Source: Vicugna vicugna (taxonomy: Eukaryota). From it: a DNA stretch of 64,000 nt. The notes below the pieces were generated by a model. The model was not told the origin of the DNA. It worked only from the letters and a program-made list of their open reading frames with translations, and made no database searches. The stretch spans positions 1,329,111-1,393,110 of the forward strand of contig MU058824.1 of the NCBI GenBank assembly GCA_013265495.1, in the 5' to 3' direction. The translations under genes and the position numbers were made by a program. Positions 61,325 through 64,000 of the stretch are shown here, in pieces (position 1 is the stretch's first letter; every line of letters begins with the position of its first letter).

Positions 61325-61870
61325 ACAGGTATAGCAGAACCCTTTTGGTTACAACTGGCTGAAAACCTAATCAAACTGATCTCAAAAAAAGGAAAAGGGA
61401 AGTGTACAGGTTCATATGATGGAATACTTGTGAGAGTAGATCTCACTCAGTTCAGACCCACCTGGATCCAGGGGCTCAGGCCACATCATCAGCTTATTCT
61501 GTCTCCATCTCTTGTATCTCAGGTGCTGTGTGCTGACTCTGTTCTTGATGGCTCTTTTGCATTGTCACAAGATGACCACCAGCCTCATGGTAACAAGGTG
61601 GCTGCCAGCACCTCTCTGAGCTAGATCCTTCCAGGTTTAAATCCAACAGAAGCAAGAGCTTGTGTCCCAGCATTTGTATGAAAGTTCTGAGGGTCACTCT
61701 GACTAGACCAGCTTAGATCACATGCTTACTCCTGAGCCAATCACTATGGTCGTGTTAATTGACTTAGAGCTGATCCATGCATGAGCTTTGCTGGAGCCAA
61801 ACAGGCCACAGAGGTTAAGAGGGGAAGAGGTGGATCCCAAAGAAACACAGGGGCTCTTGCCAGAGTAAAG
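61325..61870 (-). mobile_element. Old MaLR-type LTR
   Basis: cttttggttacaactggctgaaaaccta...cctggatccaggggctcagg...caaggtggctgccagca...tgagccaatcact. Confidence 0.55.
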
Positions 61871-62939
61871 GGAAATAGAGGCCAGGGAGACAAACCACAT
61901 CTTTCCAGCTTGGTGGACATCGCAGAAAGAATAGCATATTGGGGGAAGAAAAGACAAGTCCAAGTTGGAATGTGCTGTGTGTGCAGGCTGGATGGGACAA
62001 CCAGGGGAAGGGCTCAGCAGGCAGCTGGGAGGAGCGAGACCCAGGCTCAGGGGAGACCTGCAGGTTGCCGGTGTGTAGGTGGTGAGAGGGAAGCTTAAAA
62101 GGGCAAGCAATGCCATGGACACTAGGAGCCATTCTGGCCTCCCTGCCTCAGGAACAACAAATCCAGTCTAGTGGAAGTCTCCTCCTCCCTTTCCTCCTGA
62201 GGATTTGGCAGTGGGCAGCCCTGCAACCCTGAAACAGGCAACGCCCTAGCCTCCATCCTACAGGTCTAGCTCTTCCTTCTTGTCTTAGATTGCCCAGACC
62301 TGGATATATCTGATAGTGAGTCAAATATATCCGACATGACACCAAGCCATGGATGCAGCAAAGGCAAGAGATCCATGCCAGGCCTTGGGGCCAGGCTACG
62401 ATGTGACAGAGCCAGAGCCCTTCAGGGCTGACAAGCATGTGCTGGGAATGACACAGGCCAGCACTTCACTAGGAGACAGGACAAGCAGTTCCAAATGGGG
62501 ATGACATTGATGACACCTCCCACCTCCCCTGGTAATGTTCTCCCACGCCCTCGGGCAGTGGGACCTATGACAGCACGGGAGAGCACCGAACGGGGGAGGT
62601 TTGTGAAATGCTGCAGTGGGAGAAGGGGCCTCAGTAGACACATAAATCTTGTGGCACGGCCTGTCTCCATGTTCTGGTGGCTTCCCAAGGATAACAGATG
62701 TCTCCAGTATCACTGCAAGCAAACATGGTCTCTAATCTCATCGCTTTTTACTAGTAGCTCCTGCGTCACACTATTGAAAAAAGTCCTAGCAAAGTGTGCC
62801 TCTCAGATTTCCACTTTCCCCTCCTTCCTCACCATCAAAACTGGAGTTTGTTTTGGATCTCAAAGTGCCAGCTGAAAAACCATCCTTGTCAGTTACCTAC
62901 TCAGCAAAGGGACGACATGATACAGGATTGGACAGAGAC

Positions 62940-63640
62940 TGTGTCAATGTAGGTATTATTACACAAACATGCCTTCTCCTCCTCTCCCACTGTGGACGGA
63001 GTGTGAGTGCTCACCCAGGGATGCTGGACTTAGCCACATGGCTTACTTTGGAACGTTAGCAGGAGGAATAAGCAGAACCTTAAATGTGCTTGTGTGGTTT
63101 GGCTTGCTTCTTGATCTGATAATTCCCATGAGAAGAATTCACCCAGATCATCTCTGCTGGTTCAGCCTGGGTTCCAGAACTATTGCACTTGGAGCTGATC
63201 GAGAGCCAAAACCAGCTGGTCTGAGTCTGAATCAGCTTGTTACACTGAGTCTAGGGGTGGTTGTTACAGAGCACTACTGTGGCAATAAATGACTAATACA
63301 GAAATGGGGAAAGTCTTCTGAGAAAGCTCTTTTACGTGGGACAGACTCAGCTGGCAAGTCTTTTGCTCTTTCCCCTTCTCCTTCTCCTTGAATAAAGACA
63401 TGGAGGTGAGGGTCAGCCATCTTTCAACCACAAGGTGATAGGAACATGCTAAGCATGGCTCTACAAAAGGACAGAATAAGCCCCCATCTGTAACAGCACC
63501 ATGAAGTCACCACACCAGCCCTGAAATGCCTAACTCTGGATGTCCTCTTGTGTAAGAAAAATAAAGCCTCGAATTTGATTAATCCACTGTTTCTCAGGTT
63601 TCTGTTATTTGCAGCTGAATACAGTTCCTGACAGACACAG
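62940..63640 (+). mobile_element. Two adjacent MaLR (MLT1-type) LTR fragments
   Basis: Termini gtggttgttacagagcact...aaatgactaataca (63300) and aaaataaagcc...ttctgttatttgcagctgaatacagttcctgacagacaca (~63639). Confidence 0.7.
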
Positions 63641-64000
63641 GTAACCAGTGGCAATGAAGCCACATCTGTGTTTGAGATTTCCCAGGGACAACATGAAGGG
63701 TCACAAGACAGTCCCCTGGGATCCCAGGAATGTGGTTCAAAGCTTTGCGAAAGGAAGCCCACAGAAGTGACTGAGAAGAGTCTAGGGTGGGTGGAGAACT
63801 AAGATGTGGCGCCAGAAGCCACAAGAGGAGAGGATGCTAGGAGGCAGGGATGGATCAGGCAAAGTGCAGCGGTGAGAAGCAGGAACACAAGGAAGAAAAC
63901 TTATCAACCGATTTAGCAAACGAGACGTCCTTGACCTTGGCAGGAGAGGTTCAGGGCAGGATTGCAGACAGAAGTCAAACCACACAGTGTGATAGAATCC

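Noticed and set aside
1..64000. A novel multi-gene system, operon, CRISPR array or defence island
   Set aside because: The sequence is mammalian, repeat-rich and non-coding; there are no long ORFs, no regularly spaced repeat-spacer arrays and no compositionally foreign block.

Overview
Mammalian genomic DNA, almost certainly camelid: two copies of a tRNA-headed vic-1-type SINE are present and I see no Alu, B1, Bov-tA, PRE-1 or CAN SINEs. The only gene-like signal is a CpG island (~5350-6500) that looks like the 5' end of a minus-strand gene. It contains a (GCG)11 repeat, an AP-1 site, three minus-strand splice donors and an 86-nt exon; one splice path encodes a signal-peptide-like N-terminus. 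I could not name the gene. The other ~57 kb is repeat-rich non-coding sequence: L1, L2, MIR, L3/CR1, MaLR/ERVL/ERV1 LTRs, an ERV-L pol fossil, hAT and Tigger DNA transposons, plus two CTCF-like motifs. I found no evidence for a novel multi-gene system. The most unusual details are small: a tailless 5'-half tRNA-Gly(TCC) copy inserted by microhomology, a template-switch scar, a perfect 22-bp duplication around an old L1 fragment, and a strong L1 strand bias. Repeat family names are from recall of consensus sequences, not from a search, and most repeat boundaries are approximate.
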